Positions 16,496 through 24,000 of a stretch of 24,000 nucleotides of DNA are shown one piece after another. Position 1 is the first letter of the stretch; each line of letters opens with the position of its first letter. The translations under genes were made by a program, and so were the position numbers. A model generated the notes under the pieces. It searched no databases, was not told where the DNA came from, and was given only the letters and a program-made list of their open reading frames with translations. This DNA is from Burkholderiales bacterium (GTDB lineage Bacteria; Pseudomonadota; Gammaproteobacteria; Burkholderiales; Burkholderiaceae), in the NCBI GenBank assembly GCA_021287185.1, contig JAJTAZ010000019.1, positions 102,696-126,695 of the forward strand, in the 5' to 3' direction.

Positions 16496-17435
16496 TATTG
16501 CTCAAACCATCGACTTTAATCAACAATTTAACTCAGCCCACCTCGACTGGCTCGAATCCGAGTCCATCCACATCCTGCGCGAAGTCGCCGCTGAGTGCAC
16601 CAACCCTGCGTTGTTATTCTCAGGTGGTAAAGACTCAATTGTCGTATTGCACTTGGCGTTAAAAGCCTTTCGCCCCAATAAATTGCCATTCAAAATTGTG
16701 CATGTGGACACAGGGCACAATTTCCCAGAAGTCATCGCTTTTCGCGACAAACGTTTGGCAGAAATCGGCGAGCCATTGGTGGTCGGCAGCGTCGAAGCAT
16801 CCATCCAAAAAGGCACCGTGCGTCTGCGCAATCCCGAGACCGATTCACGCAACGCAGCGCAAGCGGTGACTTTGCTCGAAACCATTGCCGAACACCAATT
16901 CGATGCCTGCATTGGCGGCGCGCGCCGTGATGAAGAAAAAGCCCGTGCGAAAGAGCGCATCTTCTCGTTCCGAGATGATTTTGGTCAATGGGATCCGAAA
17001 GCGCAACGCCCTGAACTTTGGTCGATTTACAACGCCCGCATCCACAAAGGCGAGAATATGCGCGTGTTCCCGATTTCCAACTGGACGGAAATGGATATTT
17101 GGCAATACATCGCGCGTGAGGGTTTGGAATTGCCACCAATTTACTTTGCGCACGAGCGCGACACCTTCGAGCGTCAAGGGCTTATCGTATCGGTCATGCC
17201 ATTGACACCGCCCGAAACCGATGAAGAGCGCGCCAGCGTTGCCAAACGTCTTGTGCGGTTCCGCACCGTCGGCGACATATCCTGCACCTCGCCTGTATTG
17301 TCAGACGCTGATTCCATCGAGAAAATTTTAGAGGAAACCGCAGAAACCACCATCACCGAGCGCGGCGCAACGCGATTGGATGACCAAACGTCTGAAGCAT
17401 CGATGGAAAAACGCAAACGCGAAGGCTACTTCTAA
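16488..17435 (+). CDS. cysD: Sulfate adenylyltransferase subunit 2
   Basis: LESESIHILREVAAE...GGKDSIVVLHL...HVDTGHNFPE...GGARRDEEKARAKERIFSFRD...RVFPISNWTEMDIWQYI...KRKREGYF is a canonical CysD sequence. The start at ATG 16488 overlaps the upstream stop (ATGACTGA). The start at 16269 in the ORF track is spurious. Confidence 0.95.
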   Translation: MTDIAQTIDFNQQFNSAHLDWLESESIHILREVAAECTNPALLFSGGKDSIVVLHLALKAFRPNKLPFKIVHVDTGHNFPEVIAFRDKRLAEIGEPLVVGSVEASIQKGTVRLRNPETDSRNAAQAVTLLETIAEHQFDACIGGARRDEEKARAKERIFSFRDDFGQWDPKAQRPELWSIYNARIHKGENMRVFPISNWTEMDIWQYIAREGLELPPIYFAHERDTFERQGLIVSVMPLTPPETDEERASVAKRLVRFRTVGDISCTSPVLSDADSIEKILEETAETTITERGATRLDDQTSEASMEKRKREGYF

Positions 17436-17476
17436 AAAATATTATACTCAGTACAGAATAAGACAAGGAATGCACC

Positions 17477-18769
17477 ATGACCACTCATCAAGGCCAAAAT
17501 CAAGGTTTATTACGCTTCATCACCGCAGGCTCCGTCGATGACGGTAAATCCACCCTCATCGGTCGTCTGCTGTTTGACAGCAAAAATGTATTCGTTGACC
17601 AATTGCACGCGGTCACGCAATCCAAACATAACCGCAGTTATGACAACAGCGTGGATTTGGCATTGCTCACCGATGGACTGGAAGCCGAGCGCGAACAAGG
17701 CATCACCATCGACGTAGCATATCGTTATTTCGCCACACCGCGCCGCAAATACATCATCGCCGACACCCCAGGGCACGAGCAATACACACGCAATATGGTG
17801 ACAGGCGCATCGACCGCACACGCCGCGATTGTGCTGGTCGATGTGGGCAAACTCGATTTTAGTGTGGACGGTGAAATTGAATTGCTCACGCAAACCAAAC
17901 GCCATTCTGCCTTGCTCGCCCTACTCGGCGTAGAGCACATCATTGTGGCGGTCAATAAAATGGATTTAATTGACTACGACGAAGCCAAATACAACCGCGT
18001 CATCAGTAGTTATGAAAATCTCGCCAAACGCGTGGGCGTGAAACACTTCATCCCCATGCCTTTATCCGCGCTCAAGGGCGACAACGTGGTGCATGCCTCT
18101 GAGCAAATGCCGTGGCATGATGGTAAACCCCTATTGGAATTGCTGGACACACTCCCCGTACCCGATGAATCGGCGCAGCCTTTGCGTTTCCCCGTGCAAA
18201 CCGTGGTGCGTCATGACGGCAGTAAGATTGATGACTTTCGCGGCTATGCAGGGCGCATTGAGTCGGGGACAGTCAAGGTCGGCGACACCGTCACGATTCA
18301 ACCACAAAACCGCACCAGCACCATTGCTGGCATACACACCTACGATGGTGCGCGCGAATCGGCATTTGCGGGGCAGTCGGTCACCCTCACGATTGCAGAC
18401 AATATCGACATCTCGCGCGGCGATTGGATTAATTCGGGCGAACAACCCGCCCAAGTCGATAAATTGCGCCCAGCGGATGTGTGCTGGTTTGCAGAAGAGC
18501 CCATGGCATTGGGGCGCAAATACCTCATCAAGCACGGCACACGCACGGTTCCTGCGCGCATCAACACGGTGGATTACCAACTGAACATCCACACTTTGGA
18601 CGAGCACAGCAATACCCATCATTTGGAAATGAATGGCATCGCCCGCGTGCAGATTCAATTGCAACAGGCTTTACCCATCGATGCGTACAGCGACATTAAA
18701 ACAGGTGGTGCATTCATTATGATTGATGAAGTGAGCAATCAAACGGTAGCAGGCGGGATGTTTGCTTAA
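17477..18769 (+). CDS. cysN: Sulfate adenylyltransferase subunit 1 (GTPase), without an APS kinase domain
   Basis: G1 is GSVDDGKST, G3 is DTPGHEQY and G4 is NKMD. At 430 aa the protein ends after the EF-Tu-like domains and has no CysC fusion. Confidence 0.94.
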   Translation: MTTHQGQNQGLLRFITAGSVDDGKSTLIGRLLFDSKNVFVDQLHAVTQSKHNRSYDNSVDLALLTDGLEAEREQGITIDVAYRYFATPRRKYIIADTPGHEQYTRNMVTGASTAHAAIVLVDVGKLDFSVDGEIELLTQTKRHSALLALLGVEHIIVAVNKMDLIDYDEAKYNRVISSYENLAKRVGVKHFIPMPLSALKGDNVVHASEQMPWHDGKPLLELLDTLPVPDESAQPLRFPVQTVVRHDGSKIDDFRGYAGRIESGTVKVGDTVTIQPQNRTSTIAGIHTYDGARESAFAGQSVTLTIADNIDISRGDWINSGEQPAQVDKLRPADVCWFAEEPMALGRKYLIKHGTRTVPARINTVDYQLNIHTLDEHSNTHHLEMNGIARVQIQLQQALPIDAYSDIKTGGAFIMIDEVSNQTVAGGMFA

Positions 18770-18789
18770 TACCTGATGACAAAAACACC

Positions 18790-19524
18790 ATGAACCCATC
18801 ACACACCATCACCTTTGTCGGCGCGGGTCCAGGTGCGGCAGACCTCATCACCTTGCGTGGGGTCAAAGCCCTGCAAACCGCTCAAGTCGTGTTGTATGAT
18901 GCGCTGATTGACCACGGCGTATTGGCACACGCACATCCCGATGCCATCATGGTCGATGTCGGTAAACGTGGCGTGGGCAAGCGTTGCGCTCAGTCAAAAA
19001 AACAAAGCGCCATCAACGCTGAACTCATCCGTTATGGTTTGCAATACGAGCGCGTGGTACGCCTCAAAGGCGGTGACCCAGCGATTTTTGGACGATTGGA
19101 TGAAGAAATTGACGCGGTGCTGTCTGTCGGTTTGAATTACGAAATCGTCCCAGGGGTTTCTTCTGCACTGGCAGCCGCCGCCAGTGCCAAAACCGCTCTG
19201 ACTCGACGCGGTGTGGCACGCAGTGTGCGCCTACTCACCGCTTCGGTTGGCAATGACCAACCTGACAACCTATGGCATACCCACCTCACGCCCTCCGAAA
19301 CCTTGGTGTTTTACATGGGCGGTTTGCATCGCAAAGCGGTCGCACAAACATTGTTGGACAAGGGGTTTGATGGTGACACACCTGTGGTCATGGTGTTTGG
19401 GGCAAGTTGGGTGGATGAAGCGGTGGTGCGTTTGGATTTAACCCGCATGGCGAGTAACGATTTTACGCAATCCGAAACCGATGCACCGTGTATTATTTTG
19501 GTCGGTAAGGGTTTACGAGTCTAA
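18790..19524 (+). CDS. cobA: Uroporphyrinogen-III C-methyltransferase (SUMT, siroheme branch)
   Basis: VGAGPGAADLITLRG...VVLYDAL...RLKGGDPAIFGR...EIVPGVSS are classic SUMT motifs. At 244 aa it is a methyltransferase domain only. Confidence 0.9.
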   Translation: MNPSHTITFVGAGPGAADLITLRGVKALQTAQVVLYDALIDHGVLAHAHPDAIMVDVGKRGVGKRCAQSKKQSAINAELIRYGLQYERVVRLKGGDPAIFGRLDEEIDAVLSVGLNYEIVPGVSSALAAAASAKTALTRRGVARSVRLLTASVGNDQPDNLWHTHLTPSETLVFYMGGLHRKAVAQTLLDKGFDGDTPVVMVFGASWVDEAVVRLDLTRMASNDFTQSETDAPCIILVGKGLRV

Positions 19525-19526
19525 AT

Positions 19527-19901
19527 TTACACGGATATGGCAAACTTCGCCATCGCTTCACGTACTGTTTCACTCTGCCCCACAGCAGACGCAATTTCAA
19601 TCGCTATCTCAACAAACTCAGCACGTATCGCCTCAACCAAACCCTGCAAATCCTCAGCGACATGCTTACCCACGCCGAAAAACAAAGGCACGATGCGAAT
19701 ATGACGAATGCCTTTTTGAGCGCAGTCGCGCACCACTTCATGCACATTCGGCGACATGATTTCTAAGAATGCGAGTTCGACCCGCGCATCAGGCGCGAGC
19801 GTGCGCACCCGCTGAGCAATGGCATCAAATGGTTCGCGCCACGTTGGATTAGATGAGCCGTGGGCAAATAGGATGATGGCGCGAGTCGGTGTTATCAACA
19901 T
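19527..19901 (-). CDS. cbiX: Small CbiX/SirB-type sirohydrochlorin chelatase
   Basis: The 124-aa protein has ILFAHGSSNP...IVPLFFGVGKHV, the short CbiX(S) pattern with two conserved His. It converges on cobA with a 2-bp gap. Confidence 0.8.
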   Translation of the reverse strand: MLITPTRAIILFAHGSSNPTWREPFDAIAQRVRTLAPDARVELAFLEIMSPNVHEVVRDCAQKGIRHIRIVPLFFGVGKHVAEDLQGLVEAIRAEFVEIAIEIASAVGQSETVREAMAKFAISV

Positions 19902-19924
19902 AGGAGTGGCTATTCACAAAAATG

Positions 19925-19969
19925 GTCATTACGAGCCTGTTTGGATTGCTTGGCTTTGCTCGCAATGAC
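19925..19969. promoter_or_regulatory. 12-bp inverted repeat (11/12 match) with a 21-bp spacer in the cbiX-cysM divergent intergenic region
   Basis: gtcattacgagc (19925-19936) pairs with gctcgcaatgac (19958-19969). The single mismatch is A/C on the plus-strand transcript but a G-U pair on the minus-strand transcript. Confidence 0.5.
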
Positions 19970-20076
19970 GATATTCATATCAATCAAGGACGGGCTGATT
20001 GTACACCATCCACACATCCGACACGGCTACTCACGCAGTGCTACAATACGCCATTCAAAAAATCCAATATGCCATC

Positions 20077-20997
20077 ATGAACCCATCTCACCACCTCAGT
20101 TATCCCACGATAGACCAATTTGTCGGCAACACACCTTTGGTGCGCATCCAGCGTATGGGTACTGAGGTACTGACCGAGCGCAACAACGTTTTACTCGCCA
20201 AATTAGAGGGCAATAATCCTGCAGGTTCGGTCAAAGACCGCCCTGCTTTGTCGATGATTTTACAAGCCGAGGCACGGGGTGACATCCAACCCGGTGACAT
20301 CTTGATTGAAGCGACCAGCGGCAATACAGGCATTGCACTGGCGATGGTCGCCGCCATGCGGGGCTATAAAATGATTTTGATTATGCCCGACAATCTGTCG
20401 GTCGAGCGACGCGTGTCCATGACGGTGTACGGTGCAGAACTCATCCTTACCGAAACCGCAAAGGGGCATGGCATGGAGTATGCGCGCGATTTGGCTTTTC
20501 AAATGCAAGCCGAAGGCAAGGGCAAGGTGCTCAATCAATTCGGCAATACCGACAATCCGCTGGCACACATTCGCACCACGGGCCCTGAAATTTGGCGCGA
20601 TACTCAGGGACAAGTGACGCATTTTGTCAGTGCAATGGGTACAACGGGCACCATCACGGGTACGTCCACCTACCTCAAATCACAAAACCCGAATATTCAA
20701 GTCATCGGTGTGCAACCCTCAGAAGGCTCGTCGATTGCGGGTATTCGCAAATGGCCTGCTGAATATCTGCCCACAGTTTTCAAACCTGAATTAGTCGATA
20801 GAGAAATCATGGTCACGCAAGCCGATGCCGAAGAATGTGCACGCCAACTGGCGCGTCAAGAAGGGATTTTTGCAGGAATTTCATCGGGTGGCGCATTGTG
20901 GGCGGCTCTACAACTGGCACACGAAGTGCGCGATGCGACCATCGTATTTATTGTCTGTGACCGTGGTGACCGCTATCTATCTCAGGGTGTGTTTTAA
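20077..20997 (+). CDS. cysM: Cysteine synthase B (O-acetylserine sulfhydrylase B)
   Basis: TIDQFVGNTPLVRIQRM...LAKLEGNNPAGSVKDRPALSMI...TSGNTGIALA closely parallels E. coli CysM. I prefer the ATG at 20077 (306 aa) to the start at 19999. tacaat lies at 20043-20048 upstream. Confidence 0.92.
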   Translation: MNPSHHLSYPTIDQFVGNTPLVRIQRMGTEVLTERNNVLLAKLEGNNPAGSVKDRPALSMILQAEARGDIQPGDILIEATSGNTGIALAMVAAMRGYKMILIMPDNLSVERRVSMTVYGAELILTETAKGHGMEYARDLAFQMQAEGKGKVLNQFGNTDNPLAHIRTTGPEIWRDTQGQVTHFVSAMGTTGTITGTSTYLKSQNPNIQVIGVQPSEGSSIAGIRKWPAEYLPTVFKPELVDREIMVTQADAEECARQLARQEGIFAGISSGGALWAALQLAHEVRDATIVFIVCDRGDRYLSQGVF

Positions 20998-21244
20998 ACC
21001 ACCCAATCAATTGTAAAGTTCAGGGCTGTGTTTCAGCAGTCCGAGACTCCAATCACGTGTTTACGATGAGTAGGGGCAATTCAATGAACAAAGCATCGCT
21101 GGCCATAAATCATCGAGACTTAGATACCTCGCTGTGTGTGGACACACTGACATTTTGAGGAGATTGGCGTCTATTTTGCTACATAATATGGGGACACGCT
21201 ACATTTAAACCATTTCTGCTGCCTAAACCACTGTTGAGAAGCCC

Positions 21245-22684
21245 ATGACTTGGACAACTTTTTTTATCATCGTACACTACACCATTGTATTGAGTGTTGT
21301 GGGACGCGTGATGTTGCGTCCTTACCGCGAGCCATCATCACGAGTGGCGTGGATGTTGGTGGTTGCAAGTTTACCTTTGTTGGGAATCTTGTTGTACTTT
21401 ATGTTCGGTGAAACCAATATCGGTTTTAAACGAGCCGAACACATGCGGCATATTCAAACTGCATTGTTTGAAAACCCCCATCTATCAGGCATCCGTGAGT
21501 CTTTTTCGATTGAAATCCCCAATCGCTATCACCCACTATTTCGCAACGCTCAATCCATCAATGGCTTTATGCCTGTCAGTGGCAACCAAAGTGAACTCAT
21601 GCGCGACTCTGAAGCGACCATTGAGCATTTGGTCTCTGACATCAATCAAGCGCAAAAACACGTTCATTTACTGTTTTACATTTGGCTGACCGATGCCAGT
21701 GGTCTCAAAGTTTTAAATGCACTCATTGATGCCGCCCAAAGAGGCGTGGTGTGTCGGGTGTTGGTCGATGCACTGGGATCGCGCAGTTTGATTAAGTCCA
21801 AATATTGGAGTACGTTAAAAAATGCTGGGGTACACACTGCATGTGCCCTACCGATAGGCAATCCATTGATACGAATGTTATTTGGCCGAATTGATTTGCG
21901 CAATCACCGAAAAATCATGGTGATTGACAATGCGATTACCTACTGCGGCAGTCAAAATTGCGCCGATGCCGCTTTTTCGCCAAAACCCAAGTTTGCCCCT
22001 TGGGTGGATGTCGTTGTACGTTTCACTGGGCCAATTGTGATGCAAAACCAACGCCTATTTGCCAGTGACTGGCAAGCCGCTACCCAAGAAAAATTAGATT
22101 TGTTTGAACAAAACGAATACCAACCAGTCACCCATGACTGCCCCGCAGTGGTGGTTGGTACTGGTCCAACGGAGCGCTATTCTGCCATGCCCGATGTATT
22201 TATCATGCTGATTGGGTGTGCACACAACAAACTGACCATCACCACGCCTTATTTTGTGCCCAATGAACCCATTTTGAACGCCTTGTGTATCGCTGCTCAC
22301 AATGGTGTGCATGTGACTCTGAATGTGCCTCATCGCAACGACTCATGGGTGGTCGCTGCTGCCAGTCGCAGTTACTACCAAATTTTACTCAAAGCAGGCG
22401 TACAAATTTTTGAATACACGGGCGGGCTCTTACATGCCAAATTGTTCACCATCGATAATCAGGTGACTATGTTGGGTTCAGCCAATCTTGACCGTCGCAG
22501 TTTTGATTTAAATTATGAAAATAATATCATTTTATATGATCAAAACCTCACGGAGACCATTGTTGAACGACAACAAACGTTCATACAGGGTTCCATTCCA
22601 GTGACATTAAGTGAAGTCCAAGCATGGGCAACACCAAAATTACTGTGGTATAACACAGTCGCAACAATGGGCCCTATTTTATAA
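21245..22684 (+). CDS. cls: Cardiolipin synthase (ClsA type, two PLD/HKD domains)
   Basis: Two N-terminal TM helices are present. The HKD motifs are HRKIMVID...GSQN and HAKLFTID...GSANLDRRS. Confidence 0.92.
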   Translation: MTWTTFFIIVHYTIVLSVVGRVMLRPYREPSSRVAWMLVVASLPLLGILLYFMFGETNIGFKRAEHMRHIQTALFENPHLSGIRESFSIEIPNRYHPLFRNAQSINGFMPVSGNQSELMRDSEATIEHLVSDINQAQKHVHLLFYIWLTDASGLKVLNALIDAAQRGVVCRVLVDALGSRSLIKSKYWSTLKNAGVHTACALPIGNPLIRMLFGRIDLRNHRKIMVIDNAITYCGSQNCADAAFSPKPKFAPWVDVVVRFTGPIVMQNQRLFASDWQAATQEKLDLFEQNEYQPVTHDCPAVVVGTGPTERYSAMPDVFIMLIGCAHNKLTITTPYFVPNEPILNALCIAAHNGVHVTLNVPHRNDSWVVAAASRSYYQILLKAGVQIFEYTGGLLHAKLFTIDNQVTMLGSANLDRRSFDLNYENNIILYDQNLTETIVERQQTFIQGSIPVTLSEVQAWATPKLLWYNTVATMGPIL

Positions 22685-22797
22685 CGCCTCATTAAACTCA
22701 GTGTTACACTGTCAACCAAACATCAGCGCAATACCTTGATGTTGGTACACACGAATGCGAGATATTCATCGTGCAACTTTTGAAAAAGGACTCAACC

Positions 22798-23457
22798 ATG
22801 AAAAAAATTCTCTTAGTTTCAACCCTCATCGGTGCATTGACACTTCAAGGCTGTGCGACAGGCACCATGCAACCACAAGGCACAGGTAAATCAAGTGCCA
22901 TTGGCGCAGTGATTGGCGCGGCGGCTGGCGCGATTATCGGTAGCACCACAGGCAGCAATCACGTGGCACGCGACGCTGTCATCGGCGCTGCAGTCGGTGG
23001 TTTGGGTGGTTACGTGTGGAACAACCAAATGGAAAAACAACAGGCTGCTTTAGAAAAAGCCACAGCAGGCACGGGTATTGATGTGGAACGCACAGCGGAC
23101 AACCGCATCAAAATGGACATCCCAGCCGACGCAGGTTTTGCCACCAATCAAGCGGTGATTCAACCTCGTTTGCAATCGGTGTTGAACACCGTTGCCAGCA
23201 CATTGAATGCCAACAACACCACTGTGGTGTATGTGGTGGGTCACACTGACAACACAGGTTCTGATACCATTAACTACCCACTGTCACAACGTCGCGCTGA
23301 AGCGACACGCAACTATTTGGTCAACAAAGGGGTTGCCAGCAGTCGCTTTACCACTGAGGGCAAAGGTTCAACCCAACCGATTGCCAGCAATGCAACGGTG
23401 GCAGGTCGTGCCGAAAATCGTCGCGTAGAGGTGTATGTCGGTCAACCCGCATCTTAA
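22798..23457 (+). CDS. OmpA-family lipoprotein (glycine-zipper N-region plus OmpA-like peptidoglycan-binding domain)
   Basis: MKKILLVSTLIGALTLQGC gives a lipobox. GAVIGAAAGAIIGSTTG is a glycine zipper. The C-terminal VVGHTDNTGS...NYPLSQRRAEATRNYL...RAENRRVEV is the OmpA_C motif. Confidence 0.88.
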   Translation: MKKILLVSTLIGALTLQGCATGTMQPQGTGKSSAIGAVIGAAAGAIIGSTTGSNHVARDAVIGAAVGGLGGYVWNNQMEKQQAALEKATAGTGIDVERTADNRIKMDIPADAGFATNQAVIQPRLQSVLNTVASTLNANNTTVVYVVGHTDNTGSDTINYPLSQRRAEATRNYLVNKGVASSRFTTEGKGSTQPIASNATVAGRAENRRVEVYVGQPAS

Positions 23458-23486
23458 ACCTCTAAAGTGTCAATTGGCATACGAAC

Positions 23487-23513
23487 AAAAGCCCCTTAAT
23501 TAGGGGCTTTTTT
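23487..23513. terminator. Bidirectional Rho-independent terminator
   Basis: aaaa-GCCCCT-taatt-AGGGGC-tttttt. It sits between the convergent OmpA-like gene (+) and ybaB (-). Confidence 0.85.
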
Positions 23514-23567
23514 AATTTCATTCATCAAATTTATTTACTAAACTGTGAATTGGGTAAAGTAAATGAA

Positions 23568-23894
23568 TTAAAACGGCAACTTCATCCCAGCAGGTAAGTT
23601 CATGCCCGAAGTCAGTTTGCCCATGTGCGCTGCGCTGGCTTCTTCAGCACGACGCACTGCATCATTGACGGCAGCGGCAACCAAATCTTCAATCATATCT
23701 TTGTCATCTTCCATCAATGAGGGATCAATTTGTACGCGTTTCACGCCAAATTTGCAGTTCATGGTCACTTTGACCAAACCTGCGCCCGATTGCCCTTCAA
23801 CCTCAATATTGACCAGTTCATCTTGGGCTTTTTTCATGTCTTCTTGCATTTTTTGCGCTTGCTTCATTAAGCCAGCCAATTGGTTTTTCATCAT
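23568..23894 (-). CDS. ybaB: Nucleoid-associated protein YbaB/EbfC
   Basis: [27 protein letters not shown]...[10 protein letters not shown]...[11 protein letters not shown] is the canonical family sequence. The start at 23894 has GAGGA 7 nt upstream. The position after dnaX is conserved. Confidence 0.93.
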   Translation of the reverse strand: MMKNQLAGLMKQAQKMQEDMKKAQDELVNIEVEGQSGAGLVKVTMNCKFGVKRVQIDPSLMEDDKDMIEDLVAAAVNDAVRRAEEASAAHMGKLTSGMNLPAGMKLPF

Positions 23895-23928
23895 AATCAG
23901 TTCCTCTTCATCCATTCTTTTAAAAAAT

Positions 23929-24000
23929 TATTCGGGTTGTATCGAATTGGGCAAAATCATACCATCAAACTCACGCACAATGGCGGCGATGGTGGGGTGT
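23929..24000 (-). CDS. dnaX: DNA polymerase III subunit tau/gamma, C-terminal end only (partial)
   Basis: The minus-strand frame ends ...TIAAIVREFDGMILPNSIQPE*. This is the typical DnaX C-terminal tail, and the position upstream of ybaB is conserved. Only 23 codons are visible. Confidence 0.6.

Noticed and set aside
18790-18802. cobA and cysM both begin MNPSH, sharing catgaacccatc at their start sites (18789-18800 and 20076-20087)
   Set aside because: It is only a ~12-nt identity with no extended similarity on either side. The proteins are unrelated, so this is most likely coincidence rather than a shared regulatory element.
21066-21158. 30-codon ORF (MSRGNSMNKASLAINHRDLDTSLCVDTLTF) and a small gtgtg-tgga-cacac hairpin in the 247-bp cysM-cls intergenic region
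   Set aside because: It has no Shine-Dalgarno and no recognisable peptide features. The hairpin is only 5 bp with no T-tract. The evidence is insufficient to call a small protein, sRNA or terminator.
1121-23915. Longer N-terminal extensions given by the ORF track for xthA (1121), the lipoprotein (2324), rpoD (8869), S24 (12495), cysD (16269), cysM (19999), the OmpA-like gene (22771) and ybaB (23915)
   Set aside because: In each case an internal ATG gives the family-typical N-terminus or a proper signal peptide, has a better RBS, or avoids a large overlap with the upstream gene. The upstream extensions use TTG/GTG or run through the preceding gene.
1-24000. Search for CRISPR arrays, long direct or inverted repeats, IS elements, toxin-antitoxin pairs or defence islands
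   Set aside because: Reading both strands, I found no repeat-spacer periodicity, no transposase or integrase-like ORFs, and no small paired ORFs outside the annotated genes. Intergenic space is short and is explained by promoters and terminators.

Overview
This is a core-genome window from a Gram-negative proteobacterium. Gene order and protein signatures fit Beta- or Gammaproteobacteria, and I cannot place it more precisely without a database search. The window is almost fully coding, with about 25 protein genes and 2 tRNAs. Left to right: pstS (partial, behind a triple Pho box), xthA, an NlpC/P60 lipoprotein and an unknown lipoprotein. On the minus strand: dapA, bamC and an MBL-fold hydrolase. 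Next come tRNA-Arg(ACG) and the macromolecular-synthesis cluster rpsU, yqeY-like, dnaG and rpoD, then a CAU-anticodon tRNA and an orphan extended UmuD/LexA-like S24 peptidase. A compact sulfate-assimilation and siroheme operon follows: a TauE/SafE permease, NirA-type cysI, a DUF934-cysH fusion, cysD, cysN and cobA, converging on cbiX. The window ends with cysM, cardiolipin synthase, an OmpA-domain lipoprotein, ybaB and the 3' end of dnaX. I see no mobile elements, CRISPR arrays, integrases or recognisable defence or toxin systems, and no convincing novel multi-gene system. The three observations most worth follow-up are: (1) DUF934, normally a separate small gene next to cysI, is fused in frame to an Fe-S type APS reductase; (2) RpoD carries a ~272-aa N-terminal extension, a histone-H1-like X3K lysine-rich tail followed by an acidic patch; (3) a stand-alone self-cleaving S24 protein has an unusual basic N-terminal domain and sits beside a very AT-rich, repeat-laden divergent control region. 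All homology statements come from my own recognition of motifs in the supplied translations. No searches were run.
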